Source of the DNA: Microcystaceae cyanobacterium
Lineage (GTDB): Bacteria; Cyanobacteriota; Cyanobacteriia; Cyanobacteriales; Microcystaceae
NCBI GenBank assembly: GCA_041746575.1
Contig: JBGTGT010000034.1
Coordinates: 1 to 32,653, forward strand
Length of the DNA: 32,653 nt
Direction: 5' to 3'
In this document: positions 19,307 to 27,907 of the stretch, piece after piece
Numbering within the stretch: position 1 is the first letter of the stretch
Layout: every line of letters starts with the position of its first letter
The notes under the pieces: generated by a model
Seen by the model: only the letters and a program-made list of their open reading frames with translations
Database searches by the model: none
Told to the model about the DNA's origin: nothing
Program-made: the position numbers and the translations under genes

Positions 19307-20230
19307 TCACCTTTTCGATTTAGATTGAAACGGCGAATCTTCATTTTCTTCCTGTTCATTAATGCGAACAGCGTGTTTATTGGGAACAATTTTTGAGCCA
19401 TATCGCTTGGCATAAACTTGAGTAAATTCTGCACCGAAAAAGAGAATTTGTGTTGAATAATAAACCCAAACTAAAATAACAATTAAAGATCCTGCCGCCC
19501 CGTAAGCTGAGCCAAAACTTCCTCGACCAATATAAAGCCCCAGTGCAAATTTGCCAATTGTAAAAAGCAAAGCCGTCATAGCCGCTCCCATCATCACATC
19601 ACGCCAGCTTATTTTCACATCTGGAAGATACTTGTACATCAATGCAAAAAGGAGGGTAATAACCCCAAAAGAAAGAACAAAGTTGAGGATTTGCCATAAG
19701 AAATCAATCCCCGGTACAAGGCTGCTTAAGTAGACATTTAAGGCCGATAAAACTGCACTAATTACTAAAGAAACCAGTAATAAAAAACCGATACCTAAAA
19801 CCGCCGAAAAAGATAAAAGTCGCTTACGAATAAAATTACCCATTCCCTGTCCCGGTTTTGCTTTGACTTCCCAAATTATGTTGAGCGCAGCTTGTAGTTC
19901 TGCAAAAACACCTGATGCCCCAAACAATAAAACAATAATACTAATAATCGAGGCAATGCTACTAATTTTTGGTTTATTTGCGCTTTCGATAGCTGTTTCT
20001 ATGACTTTTGCGCCATCTATACCTACTAATCCTTGAATTTGACTGACAATCTCACCCCTTGCTGCTTCCTCTCCAAAAATTGCTCCTGCGATCGCTAAGA
20101 CAATAATGAGCAAAGGCGCTAAGGAAACACTGGTATAATAAGCTAAAGAGGCAGCTAAACGGGAAGCCTCATCTGTTTGCCATTCTCGAAAAGTTTCAAT
20201 TAGTAGTTTTATTAAAGTTTTGCGGCTCAT
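19307..20230 (-). CDS. YihY / BrkB-family membrane protein
   Basis: AASLAYY, LNIIW, YKYLPD, YGAAGSLIVILVWVYYSTQILFFGAEF. Confidence 0.93.
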   Translation of the reverse strand: MSRKTLIKLLIETFREWQTDEASRLAASLAYYTSVSLAPLLIIVLAIAGAIFGEEAARGEIVSQIQGLVGIDGAKVIETAIESANKPKISSIASIISIIVLLFGASGVFAELQAALNIIWEVKAKPGQGMGNFIRKRLLSFSAVLGIGFLLLVSLVISAVLSALNVYLSSLVPGIDFLWQILNFVLSFGVITLLFALMYKYLPDVKISWRDVMMGAAMTALLFTIGKFALGLYIGRGSFGSAYGAAGSLIVILVWVYYSTQILFFGAEFTQVYAKRYGSKIVPNKHAVRINEQEENEDSPFQSKSKR

Positions 20231-20616
20231 TTTGTAAACGTCTTGAGAAAAAAATTCGCAGTTGGTCGAATTAAACTCATCTTGCAGAATCCTTTCGCTT
20301 ATAGTAACTATCTACAGAATGAAGCCATGCCTATTTTTTGCCTTATTATCTCTTTCTAAAGAGTGATACCTTGAATTTATGCCAATTAGTTAAATTTTAG
20401 AGATTTTATTCCTATCGCTGTGTATACATTGACCCAACTCAAGGGAAATCGTCGTTAGCAGAGGGATAAATAGGGAAGAACTGCTTTGCGTAAAAGTATT
20501 ACCATTTGGCAAAAACCTTAAGTTAATTCAGTTGAAAATATAAAAATCAAGAATATTATTAAAATTTCAAACCAACCATTGATATAATAAGAAACTGTCA
20601 CCTTAATGCGAATTCA

Positions 20617-22623
20617 ATGCCGACTCTCACGTCACAACCCTTAAATTTCCCCCTTACTGCTGTTGTTGGTCAAGAGGCGATCAAACTAGCCTTATTACTG
20701 GTGGCGGTTGACCCTGCTTTAGGCGGTGTGGTCATTGCAGGCCGTAGAGGAACCGCAAAATCCGTCTTAGCAAGGGGAATTCATGCACTATTGCCGCCGA
20801 TTGAGGTTATTAAGGATAATTCCTTTAATTGTGATCCCAGCAACCCCAACACATGGGATGATGCCACAAAGGAACAATATTTGAATCATGCTGATATTCC
20901 AACCGAGGTGATTCCTGCGCCTTTTGTGCAAATTCCGTTAGGCGTGACCGAAGATCGCCTTTTGGGGTCAGTAGATGTAGAGGAATCCGTTAAGCAAGGT
21001 GAACCTATTTTCCAACCCGGATTACTGGCAAAAGCACACCGAGGCGTATTATATATTGACGAAATTAATCTTTTAGATGATCAAATTGCGAATCAATTAT
21101 TAACCGTCATCAGTGACGGGAAAAATCAAATTGAGCGGGAAGGTATTAGTTTTCAACATCCCTGCCAATCCTTACTCATTGCCACTTATAACCCCGAAGA
21201 AGGCGATTTAAGACCTCACTTATTAGATCGAATTGCCATTGCCTTATCTGCCGATGGTGTTTTATCTTTAGATCAAAGGGTTCATGCTGTTGATCAAGCG
21301 ATTAATTATGCACTTTCTCCTCAACAATTTATCAGTCAATATGGTGAAGAATTAGACCAATTGAAAACTGATATTATTTTAGCCAGAGAATGGTTAAAAG
21401 AAGTACAAATTACCCCCGATCAAATTCACTATTTAGTCGAAGAAGCAATTCGAGGAGGAGTAGAAGGCCATCGCGCTGAAATTTTTGCTGTTAAAGTTGC
21501 AAAAGTGGTCGCCGCTTTAGAGGGAAGAGAGCGGGTAAACGCGGACGATTTGCGAAAAGCCGTTGAATTTGTCATTGTTCCTCGGTCTATCTTGATGCCG
21601 CCGCCTCCTGATGAGATGCAACCTCCACCCCCTCCTCCCCCTCAACAACCCCAAGACGAAAATCAACAAGATCAAGAGGAAGAACAGGAAGACGAAGAAA
21701 AACCTGAAGATCAACAGCAAGATCCTCCCAGCTTACCTGAAGAATTTGTTTTTGATGTAGAAGGGGTTATTTTAGACCCTAATGTTCTTTATTTTGCTCA
21801 AATGGCTCAACGTCAAGGCAAATCGGGAGCGCGCAGTCTCATCTTTTCGGCAGACAGAGGCCGTTATATAAAACCCATGTTACCTAAAGGCAAAGTCACC
21901 CGTATTGCTGTCGATGCGACTTTAAGGGCAGCCGCACCCTACCAAAAAGCCCGTCGTTTGCGCCATCCGGGGCGGAATGTCATCGTCGAACAGGGGGATT
22001 TACGGTCAAAACGTCTCGCGAGAAAAGCAGGGGCATTAATTGTCTTTGTCGTGGATGCGTCGGGTTCAATGGCTTTGAATCGAATGCAGTCGGCAAAAGG
22101 TGCAGTGATGCGCTTATTGACGGAAGCCTACGAAAATCGAGACCAAGTGTCGCTAATTCCCTTTAGAGGCGAAAAAGCGGACGTTTTACTGCCGCCTACC
22201 CGTTCAATTGCCTTGGCGAAAAAACGCTTGGAAACTTTACCCTGTGGTGGGGGTTCACCGTTAGCCCATGGCTTAACACAGGCAGTTCATGTGGGGATGA
22301 ATGCAAAACTGTCGGGGGATATCGGGCAAGTGGTGATTGTGGCGATTACGGATGGACGGGGAAATATCCCATTGGGGCGATCTTTGGGGGAACCTTTGCC
22401 TGAAGAAAAACCTGATATTAAGGCAGAATTACTGGAAATTGCGGCAAAAATTCGAGGAGTGGGGATGCAATTGTTGGTGATTGATACAGAGAAAAAGTTT
22501 GTTTCGACGGGGTTTGGCAAGGAATTGGCGCAAAGAGCAGGAGGTACCTATTATCAGCTGCCGAAAGCGACGGACCAGTCCATTGCGGCTATGGCAAGAA
22601 GTGCGATCGCTGATATGAAGTAA
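20617..22623 (+). CDS. chlD: magnesium chelatase subunit D
   Basis: AAA+ module ([17 protein letters not shown]), poly-Pro/acidic linker, vWA domain with DASGS MIDAS. Confidence 0.98.
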   Translation: MPTLTSQPLNFPLTAVVGQEAIKLALLLVAVDPALGGVVIAGRRGTAKSVLARGIHALLPPIEVIKDNSFNCDPSNPNTWDDATKEQYLNHADIPTEVIPAPFVQIPLGVTEDRLLGSVDVEESVKQGEPIFQPGLLAKAHRGVLYIDEINLLDDQIANQLLTVISDGKNQIEREGISFQHPCQSLLIATYNPEEGDLRPHLLDRIAIALSADGVLSLDQRVHAVDQAINYALSPQQFISQYGEELDQLKTDIILAREWLKEVQITPDQIHYLVEEAIRGGVEGHRAEIFAVKVAKVVAALEGRERVNADDLRKAVEFVIVPRSILMPPPPDEMQPPPPPPPQQPQDENQQDQEEEQEDEEKPEDQQQDPPSLPEEFVFDVEGVILDPNVLYFAQMAQRQGKSGARSLIFSADRGRYIKPMLPKGKVTRIAVDATLRAAAPYQKARRLRHPGRNVIVEQGDLRSKRLARKAGALIVFVVDASGSMALNRMQSAKGAVMRLLTEAYENRDQVSLIPFRGEKADVLLPPTRSIALAKKRLETLPCGGGSPLAHGLTQAVHVGMNAKLSGDIGQVVIVAITDGRGNIPLGRSLGEPLPEEKPDIKAELLEIAAKIRGVGMQLLVIDTEKKFVSTGFGKELAQRAGGTYYQLPKATDQSIAAMARSAIADMK

Positions 22624-22743
22624 CCCTTTAGTCATTTATCAATTACACAAAAAACCCCTTGCTTTGCGGATAGTTTAGCAAGGAGTCTGAGAGATTCTGG
22701 CTACTTCTTGACAACAACGGAGGGAATTAGGTTAATGAGTAAA

Positions 22744-22887
22744 TTACATGATTCCTAATTGAGCGAGGATGCCTTTACCTGTTAAAAGCTCGGTCACAAT
22801 ACCGATTACGAAGCCTAACATCGCTAAGCGGCCATTCCAATTTTCAGCAAAGTGGGTAAAGCCAAATTTGGCGCCTTTGGTTTCCAT
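22744..22887 (-). CDS. hli: high-light-inducible protein (CAB/ELIP/HLIP, HliC-like), 47 aa; absent from the ORF track
   Basis: Manual translation METKGAKFGFTHFAENWNGRLAMLGFVIGIVTELLTGKGILAQLGIM with the ExxNGRxAM chlorophyll-binding motif; AAGGAG RBS. Confidence 0.95.
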   Translation of the reverse strand: METKGAKFGFTHFAENWNGRLAMLGFVIGIVTELLTGKGILAQLGIM

Positions 22888-22939
22888 GGGATTTTCTCCT
22901 TATTACAATGAGTGCAGTGAAGTCAAGTACTCTGAACTA

Positions 22940-22980
22940 AATGTAACAATTTTTAGCAAAGATTGCAACATTTCTTTACG
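22940..22980 (-). promoter_or_regulatory. HLR1-like (RpaB) direct repeats upstream of hli
   Basis: Minus strand GCTAAAAA-TT-GTTACATT and GTAAAGAA-AT-GTTGCAAT resemble (G/T)TTACA(T/A)(T/A)-N2 repeats. Confidence 0.5.
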
Positions 22981-23055
22981 TTAAATCAGCCAAAAGACTG
23001 AAACGCTTGTGCCATAAGGAATATAGCGCACTATGTTTATCAAGAGATTGATTGA

Positions 23056-24843
23056 TTATTTTTCTCCCGTTTGAACGCGCCATAAATTGCCATAAATCTG
23101 ATTATTTTGGACTAATTGTGCATGGGTACCTTGTTCAACCACGGTGCCGTTTTCTAAGACATAAATCCAATCGGCATGGCGAATACTGGAGAGACGATGA
23201 GCGATCGCAATAGTGGTACGATTGTGGGTAATTAAATCTAAAGAGCGGGCAATTGCCGCTTCTGTTTCATTATCTACGGCGGACGTGGCTTCATCCAAAA
23301 TTAAGATAGGCGGATTTTTCAGTAAAGCACGAGCGATGGCTAACCGTTGTCGCTGTCCTCCTGATAATTTTTGACCCCTCTCTCCGACAATCGTATCGTA
23401 ACCCTGAGGTAACGTTTCAATAAAAGTGTGCGCTGCAGCTAATTTTGCAACCCGTACAATCTCCATAAAATTGGCATTCGGTGTACCATAAGCAATATTT
23501 TCTCTGACTGTGCCATGAAAAAGATAGACATCTTGACTCACTAAACCGATCCCTTGACGTAAATCCGCTAAGACAATATTGCGTAAATCTAGACCATCAA
23601 GCGTAATCGAACCGTCTTGAATTTCATACAAACGTAACAATAATTTAACTAAAGTACTTTTCCCTGCTCCCGTTGAACCTACAATTGCAATGGTTTGACC
23701 GGCAGGAATTTTTAGGGATAAATGGCGTAAGATAGGAGAACGATTTGGATAGGCAAACGTAACATTGTCAAAAATAATTTCACCTCTAATTTCGTAAGAA
23801 AGTAAAGGAATAGAACCCACATAAGTTTTAACGGGTGTATCCAGTAACTTAAACACGCGTTTACTCGAAGCCATTGCTCGCTGATAAAGGTCTAAAGTTT
23901 GTCCTAATCCCGTTAACGGCCAAAGTAATCTTTGTGTCAAAAAGACTAAAACGCTATATGTTCCTACTGCCAATTGTCCATTGACAACTTTCATGCCGCC
24001 AAAAAGTAAAATGGCAGTAAATCCCAACAAAATAACAATACGAATAAGGGGAACGAAAGCCGCACTAAGTTTAATAGCCTGTTGATTACTGCGACGATAG
24101 GCTTCACTTCTCTGTCTAATTTGTTCAATTTCATATTGTTCTGAAGTAAAGCTTTTAATCGTTACAATTCCACCCAAATTGTTACTGAGTTGACTATTAA
24201 GTTCACTTACTTTTTCCCTAACATTGCCGTAAAAAGGCGCAAGTTTTTTCTGAAAATAGACTGATCCCCATAAAATGAAGGGAATGGGTAAAATAGACAT
24301 CCAAGCAATATCAGGGGTTAGGATAAAAAATGCTCCTCCAATTACCAAAACAGTCGTTAAAACTTGTAATATTTCATTTGCGCCCACATCTAAAAAGCGT
24401 TCGAGCTGATTAATATCATCATTTAAAATAGATAATAATTCCCCTGTACTTTTTTCCTCAAAATAAGAGAGTTCCAAATTTTGGATATGTGTATAAGCAT
24501 CTATTCTTAGATGATGTTGGAGATTTTGGGCTAAATTACGCCACAATTGAGCATATAAATATTCAAAAAGAGATTCCAAACCCCAAATAATAAACGATAG
24601 AAACGTTAAGATTAAAAGTTGTGAAAAAACGTCTTTAACACCCCATCGAGCAATCAAAGAATCTTGTTGTTTGACCACTACATCCACCGCCGCTCCAATT
24701 AAAGCCGGTGGCGCCAGATCAAAAATTTTATTAAGAATCGAACAAAGACCTGCTAAATAGAATTTGTTACGATAATCTTGTCCATATTCTAAAAGTCTTT
24801 TTAGGGGAACAGAGGACGTCTTTCTAGAAGTTGCTTGAATCAT
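23056..24843 (-). CDS. ABC exporter, fused permease/ATP-binding (MsbA-like fold)
   Basis: TM domain plus GSTGAGKST, LSGGQRQR, ILDEATS, IAHRLS; start placed at ATG 24843. Confidence 0.93.
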   Translation of the reverse strand: MIQATSRKTSSVPLKRLLEYGQDYRNKFYLAGLCSILNKIFDLAPPALIGAAVDVVVKQQDSLIARWGVKDVFSQLLILTFLSFIIWGLESLFEYLYAQLWRNLAQNLQHHLRIDAYTHIQNLELSYFEEKSTGELLSILNDDINQLERFLDVGANEILQVLTTVLVIGGAFFILTPDIAWMSILPIPFILWGSVYFQKKLAPFYGNVREKVSELNSQLSNNLGGIVTIKSFTSEQYEIEQIRQRSEAYRRSNQQAIKLSAAFVPLIRIVILLGFTAILLFGGMKVVNGQLAVGTYSVLVFLTQRLLWPLTGLGQTLDLYQRAMASSKRVFKLLDTPVKTYVGSIPLLSYEIRGEIIFDNVTFAYPNRSPILRHLSLKIPAGQTIAIVGSTGAGKSTLVKLLLRLYEIQDGSITLDGLDLRNIVLADLRQGIGLVSQDVYLFHGTVRENIAYGTPNANFMEIVRVAKLAAAHTFIETLPQGYDTIVGERGQKLSGGQRQRLAIARALLKNPPILILDEATSAVDNETEAAIARSLDLITHNRTTIAIAHRLSSIRHADWIYVLENGTVVEQGTHAQLVQNNQIYGNLWRVQTGEK

Positions 24844-24861
24844 CGCAATAAGTAAGCGTAC

Positions 24862-25060
24862 TGTACTGTGGCACATTATATGACATAATGACAAGTTGGT
24901 GTTGCCCTTTAAAAGTCTCGCTAACCATAGCTTATCGCAATTTTAGAAGCCTTTCTACCATTTGAATTCGCTCAAATTAAACCTCGTCTTTTGGATATCA
25001 TTCTCCGCAAGTTGATCAATATTGAGCCATTACCGATGACCTATAATTAGTCACTGTACA
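24862..25060. mobile_element. 199-bp remnant with Tn7-like / type V-K CAST-like terminal inverted repeats
   Basis: Inward-reading ends TGTACTGTGGCACATTATATGACAT (+) and TGTACAGTGACTAATTATAGGTCAT (-), 19/25 identical; 11 bp from the tRNA-Pro 3' end; no 5-bp TSD. Confidence 0.75.
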
Positions 25061-25071
25061 TTTAAAGATAA

Positions 25072-25145
25072 TCGGGATGACAGGATTTGAACCTGCGACA
25101 TCCTGCTCCCAAAGCAGGCGCGCTACCAAGCTGCGCTACATCCCG
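25072..25145 (-). tRNA. trnP: tRNA-Pro(UGG)
   Basis: CGGGATG acceptor stem, D-loop CTTGGTA, anticodon arm CCTGC-TTTGGGA-GCAGG, T-loop GTTCAAATC; CCA not encoded. Confidence 0.98.
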
Positions 25146-25213
25146 TAATGTTCGACTAATAGTATAACCTAAAATTAACGACAATTGTAGATGTCGAATT
25201 TGGCAGTAAGAAT

Positions 25214-26068
25214 CTACAATTTTGTGTCGGAGTCGCCTTGTTGTTGTAAAAATTGAGCAACAATTCGATTGAATTCTGCGGAATGTTCTAGAAATACCCA
25301 ATGATTTCCAGAAACTTCCAGAATTTGTAGGTTTTTAAAATATTGGCAAAAGGATCTTAATTGCCATGCTGTGCGATTGAGTCCTTGCTCAGGTTTAATC
25401 AACAAGGTAGGGATTGTTATTTCTTCCGTTAATCCATCGTATAACATCACTTCATTAAAAATTTCGTTCCGAGCGGCAATCGTAAATTTGCTACCCCATG
25501 TTCCCTCTTTTTTTCGTTCTATTCCCGCTTTAAAGACTTGTTCTTGTAAAGGACTCCATCCCCGATATTGTTTTAATCGACGAGCAAACTTTTCAGCCGT
25601 TTCATAACGATTAAACGGCCCCATTGCCCGCAAAAAAGGCAGTCCCTTATAAAAGATAGGAAAAGTGATCTTAAACCATCGGGGAAACCGTTGAATAAAA
25701 ACAGGATCAACGAATATTAAACTCTTAAACAATTGAGGACTTTGCTTAATCCAAAGAGTGAGAATTTTGACCGCCCAAGAATGACCGAGAAAATGAGCAG
25801 ATGTCCAACCTAAATGCGCCATTAATGCCGTCAAATCTTCGATATAATCCTCAAAACGATAGCCACTTTCCGGCTTACTACTGTCTCCATGACCCCGTAA
25901 ATCTGGGGCAATAATATGATATTGGGATTGTAAATCGTCTCCCAAATTAGACCAAACTAGGGCATGATCCGCCATGCCGTGTAATAATAACAAGGGTTCA
26001 CTTCCTTGGTTCCATTCTAAATAAGATAAGTTAAGGGAAGCGCGTTGAAAATTTTGACGGGTAACCAT
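25214..26068 (-). CDS. alpha/beta fold hydrolase
   Basis: LLLHG, APDLRGHGDS, nucleophile elbow GHSWA, C-terminal GNHW. Confidence 0.9.
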   Translation of the reverse strand: MVTRQNFQRASLNLSYLEWNQGSEPLLLLHGMADHALVWSNLGDDLQSQYHIIAPDLRGHGDSSKPESGYRFEDYIEDLTALMAHLGWTSAHFLGHSWAVKILTLWIKQSPQLFKSLIFVDPVFIQRFPRWFKITFPIFYKGLPFLRAMGPFNRYETAEKFARRLKQYRGWSPLQEQVFKAGIERKKEGTWGSKFTIAARNEIFNEVMLYDGLTEEITIPTLLIKPEQGLNRTAWQLRSFCQYFKNLQILEVSGNHWVFLEHSAEFNRIVAQFLQQQGDSDTKL

Positions 26069-26184
26069 AAAAAAGTTTGAAAAAACAATTTTTTTCTTGA
26101 TTCTAAGTTAACTTCCTCGGCCGAAAGCGGCATTTTAAGATAGGATATGTCAAAATGTAAAAATACAGAGATGTTAACTTTAGA

Positions 26185-26757
26185 ATGTCTATGATTCATT
26201 TGACAGTAAATAATCTTTATTTGGGAGCATTTTTGCCAATAGATAGCCTTTTTTCGACGCAAGGGATCATGGTAATGCTCTTGGGGGCTTATGCTTTAGC
26301 CATGTGGATGTTTTTAACCAGTGCGCCTAAGGTTTATACGATTATGGTATCGGATTTAGAAGTCGCTAAACAATTCTATGAAGGATTGTTGAATCTAGCG
26401 ATCGCAGATGTTCCCCTGCAATATTATTACAACTATGAACAAAGTCTGGGAACAGCCGGAGTTGATCCTTTATATTATTCCAATCTAAGCCCAACGGGAA
26501 CAACTCCCTTACAAGGAACAGAGGGTTTATGGTATCAATTGAAGAAAAATACTCAATTACACATCATTTCGGGGGCTAAATATGGACAAAAAAATGTACA
26601 ACGCCATGTTTGTTTTGATCACGACTGCTTAGAAGAAATTTTATTACGAGTCCAGTCAAGACGCTTAAAATATAAAATCCGGCGCAGTAAACCCCTCAAT
26701 TTCTTGGTAAAAGATATTGATAATCGGGTGATTGAATTAACAGAAGCGCAAAGTTAA
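26185..26757 (+). CDS. membrane-anchored glyoxalase/VOC-like protein
   Basis: TM segment then VSDLEVAKQFYEGLL, QLHII, RHVCF, VKDIDNRVIEL; start uncertain. Confidence 0.78.
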   Translation: MSMIHLTVNNLYLGAFLPIDSLFSTQGIMVMLLGAYALAMWMFLTSAPKVYTIMVSDLEVAKQFYEGLLNLAIADVPLQYYYNYEQSLGTAGVDPLYYSNLSPTGTTPLQGTEGLWYQLKKNTQLHIISGAKYGQKNVQRHVCFDHDCLEEILLRVQSRRLKYKIRRSKPLNFLVKDIDNRVIELTEAQS

Positions 26758-26771
26758 GCGGGAAACAAGCA

Positions 26772-26795
26772 AAGGTGGGCAACATTGCTCATCTT
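26772..26795. terminator. hairpin between convergent genes
   Basis: AAGGTGGGCAA-CA-TTGCTCATCTT. Confidence 0.55.
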
Positions 26796-26801
26796 ACGCC
26801 T

Positions 26802-26915
26802 TTAGTGGGAGAAGAACCCCGCTAACAATAAGGGAATTAGCAAAAGTGCGATAATAATCACCAAAGCCGTTTGAGGACTCACAGGAATAATGTTTTTTTC
26901 TTCAGGTTCTGCCAT
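26802..26915 (-). CDS. 37-aa single-TM small protein; absent from the ORF track
   Basis: Manual translation MAEPEEKNIIPVSPQTALVIIIALLLIPLLLAGFFSH; fills the gap and stops just before the hairpin. Confidence 0.7.
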   Translation of the reverse strand: MAEPEEKNIIPVSPQTALVIIIALLLIPLLLAGFFSH

Positions 26916-27004
26916 AAGACCCGTTTTACCATACAGCAACAATAGATCTCCATTTTAAGCAAATAAAGATCGATCTGGCCACCCATTGCACTGACTTCTT
27001 AATT

Positions 27005-27751
27005 TTAATGATTAATCCGACTTAAGAAGGCTTTTAGGCGATCGCTTTTCGGATTATAAAAAACCGTTTCAGGGTGACCGTCTTCTTCGATAATCCCCTC
27101 ATTAAAGAATAAGACTCGATTAGATACCTCACGGGCGAACTGCATCTCATGGGTAACCACAACCATGGTCATGCCTTCTTCAGCTAACTGTTTCATTACG
27201 CTTAAGACTTCTCCGACCAATTCTGGATCTAAGGCACTGGTGGGTTCATCAAATAAAATCGCTTCCGGTTTCATGCAGAGACTTCGGGCGATCGCTACTC
27301 GTTGTTTTTGTCCTCCTGAAAGCTGATCGGGGTAAAAATCCGCTTTAGCTCCTAATCCTACTTTTTCTAAGTAATTTATGCCCCGTTCTCTCGATTCCGC
27401 TTCAGATAGATGTAAGACTTTACAGGGAGCTAACATTAAATTCTGTAAGACTGTCAGATGGGGAAACAAGTTAAAATGCTGAAACACCATGCTGACCTTA
27501 CTGCGCATTTTTCTTAACGCCGTCTGACTGAGTTTCGGGGCAGACATATCCATGCCCATCACCGTCAATTTGCCACCGCTAATAGCTTCTAAACGATTCA
27601 AACAACGAATAAAAGTCGTTTTTCCACAACCCGATGGGCCAATGACCGAAACCACGTCTCCCTTATGAAGTGTTCCTGTCACACCCTTGAGAACTTTGAG
27701 AGATCCAAAATTTTTCTGTAAATTGTCACAGACAATGATGGGGTCAGACAT
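27005..27751 (-). CDS. bgtA: polar amino acid ABC transporter ATP-binding protein (BgtA/GlnQ-like)
   Basis: [52 protein letters not shown]. Confidence 0.85.
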   Translation of the reverse strand: MSDPIIVCDNLQKNFGSLKVLKGVTGTLHKGDVVSVIGPSGCGKTTFIRCLNRLEAISGGKLTVMGMDMSAPKLSQTALRKMRSKVSMVFQHFNLFPHLTVLQNLMLAPCKVLHLSEAESRERGINYLEKVGLGAKADFYPDQLSGGQKQRVAIARSLCMKPEAILFDEPTSALDPELVGEVLSVMKQLAEEGMTMVVVTHEMQFAREVSNRVLFFNEGIIEEDGHPETVFYNPKSDRLKAFLSRINH

Positions 27752-27812
27752 AGCTTAAATTCACGAGATTTTTTAGTTTTCCATCAAGTTATTCTAATTT
27801 TTTAAAGTTTAT

Positions 27813-27828
27813 TGTATCGCCTACTACA
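27813..27828. promoter_or_regulatory. NtcA binding site
   Basis: TGTA-TCGCCTAC-TACA matches the GTA-N8-TAC consensus, between divergent amino acid uptake genes. Confidence 0.75.
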
Positions 27829-27907
27829 TTTCACCTTAGCTTTACCCTTGATACTTAAACAAAATAATTTATTGCTTGTTACACAAAGGTGAGGAGTACA
27901 ATTTACG

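Noticed and set aside
21595..21735. Poly-Pro and acidic low-complexity tract
   Set aside because: Normal ChlD linker
22769..22984. 71-aa plus-strand ORF
   Set aside because: Antisense shadow of the hli gene
24940..25050. CRISPR repeat, homing spacer or gene inside the CAST-like relic
   Set aside because: No GTTGAAAG-type repeat end or tRNA-matching spacer found; the short open frames lack a recognisable start or motif
25062..25301. 79-aa minus-strand ORF
   Set aside because: Reads through tRNA-Pro and the hydrolase 3' end; spurious
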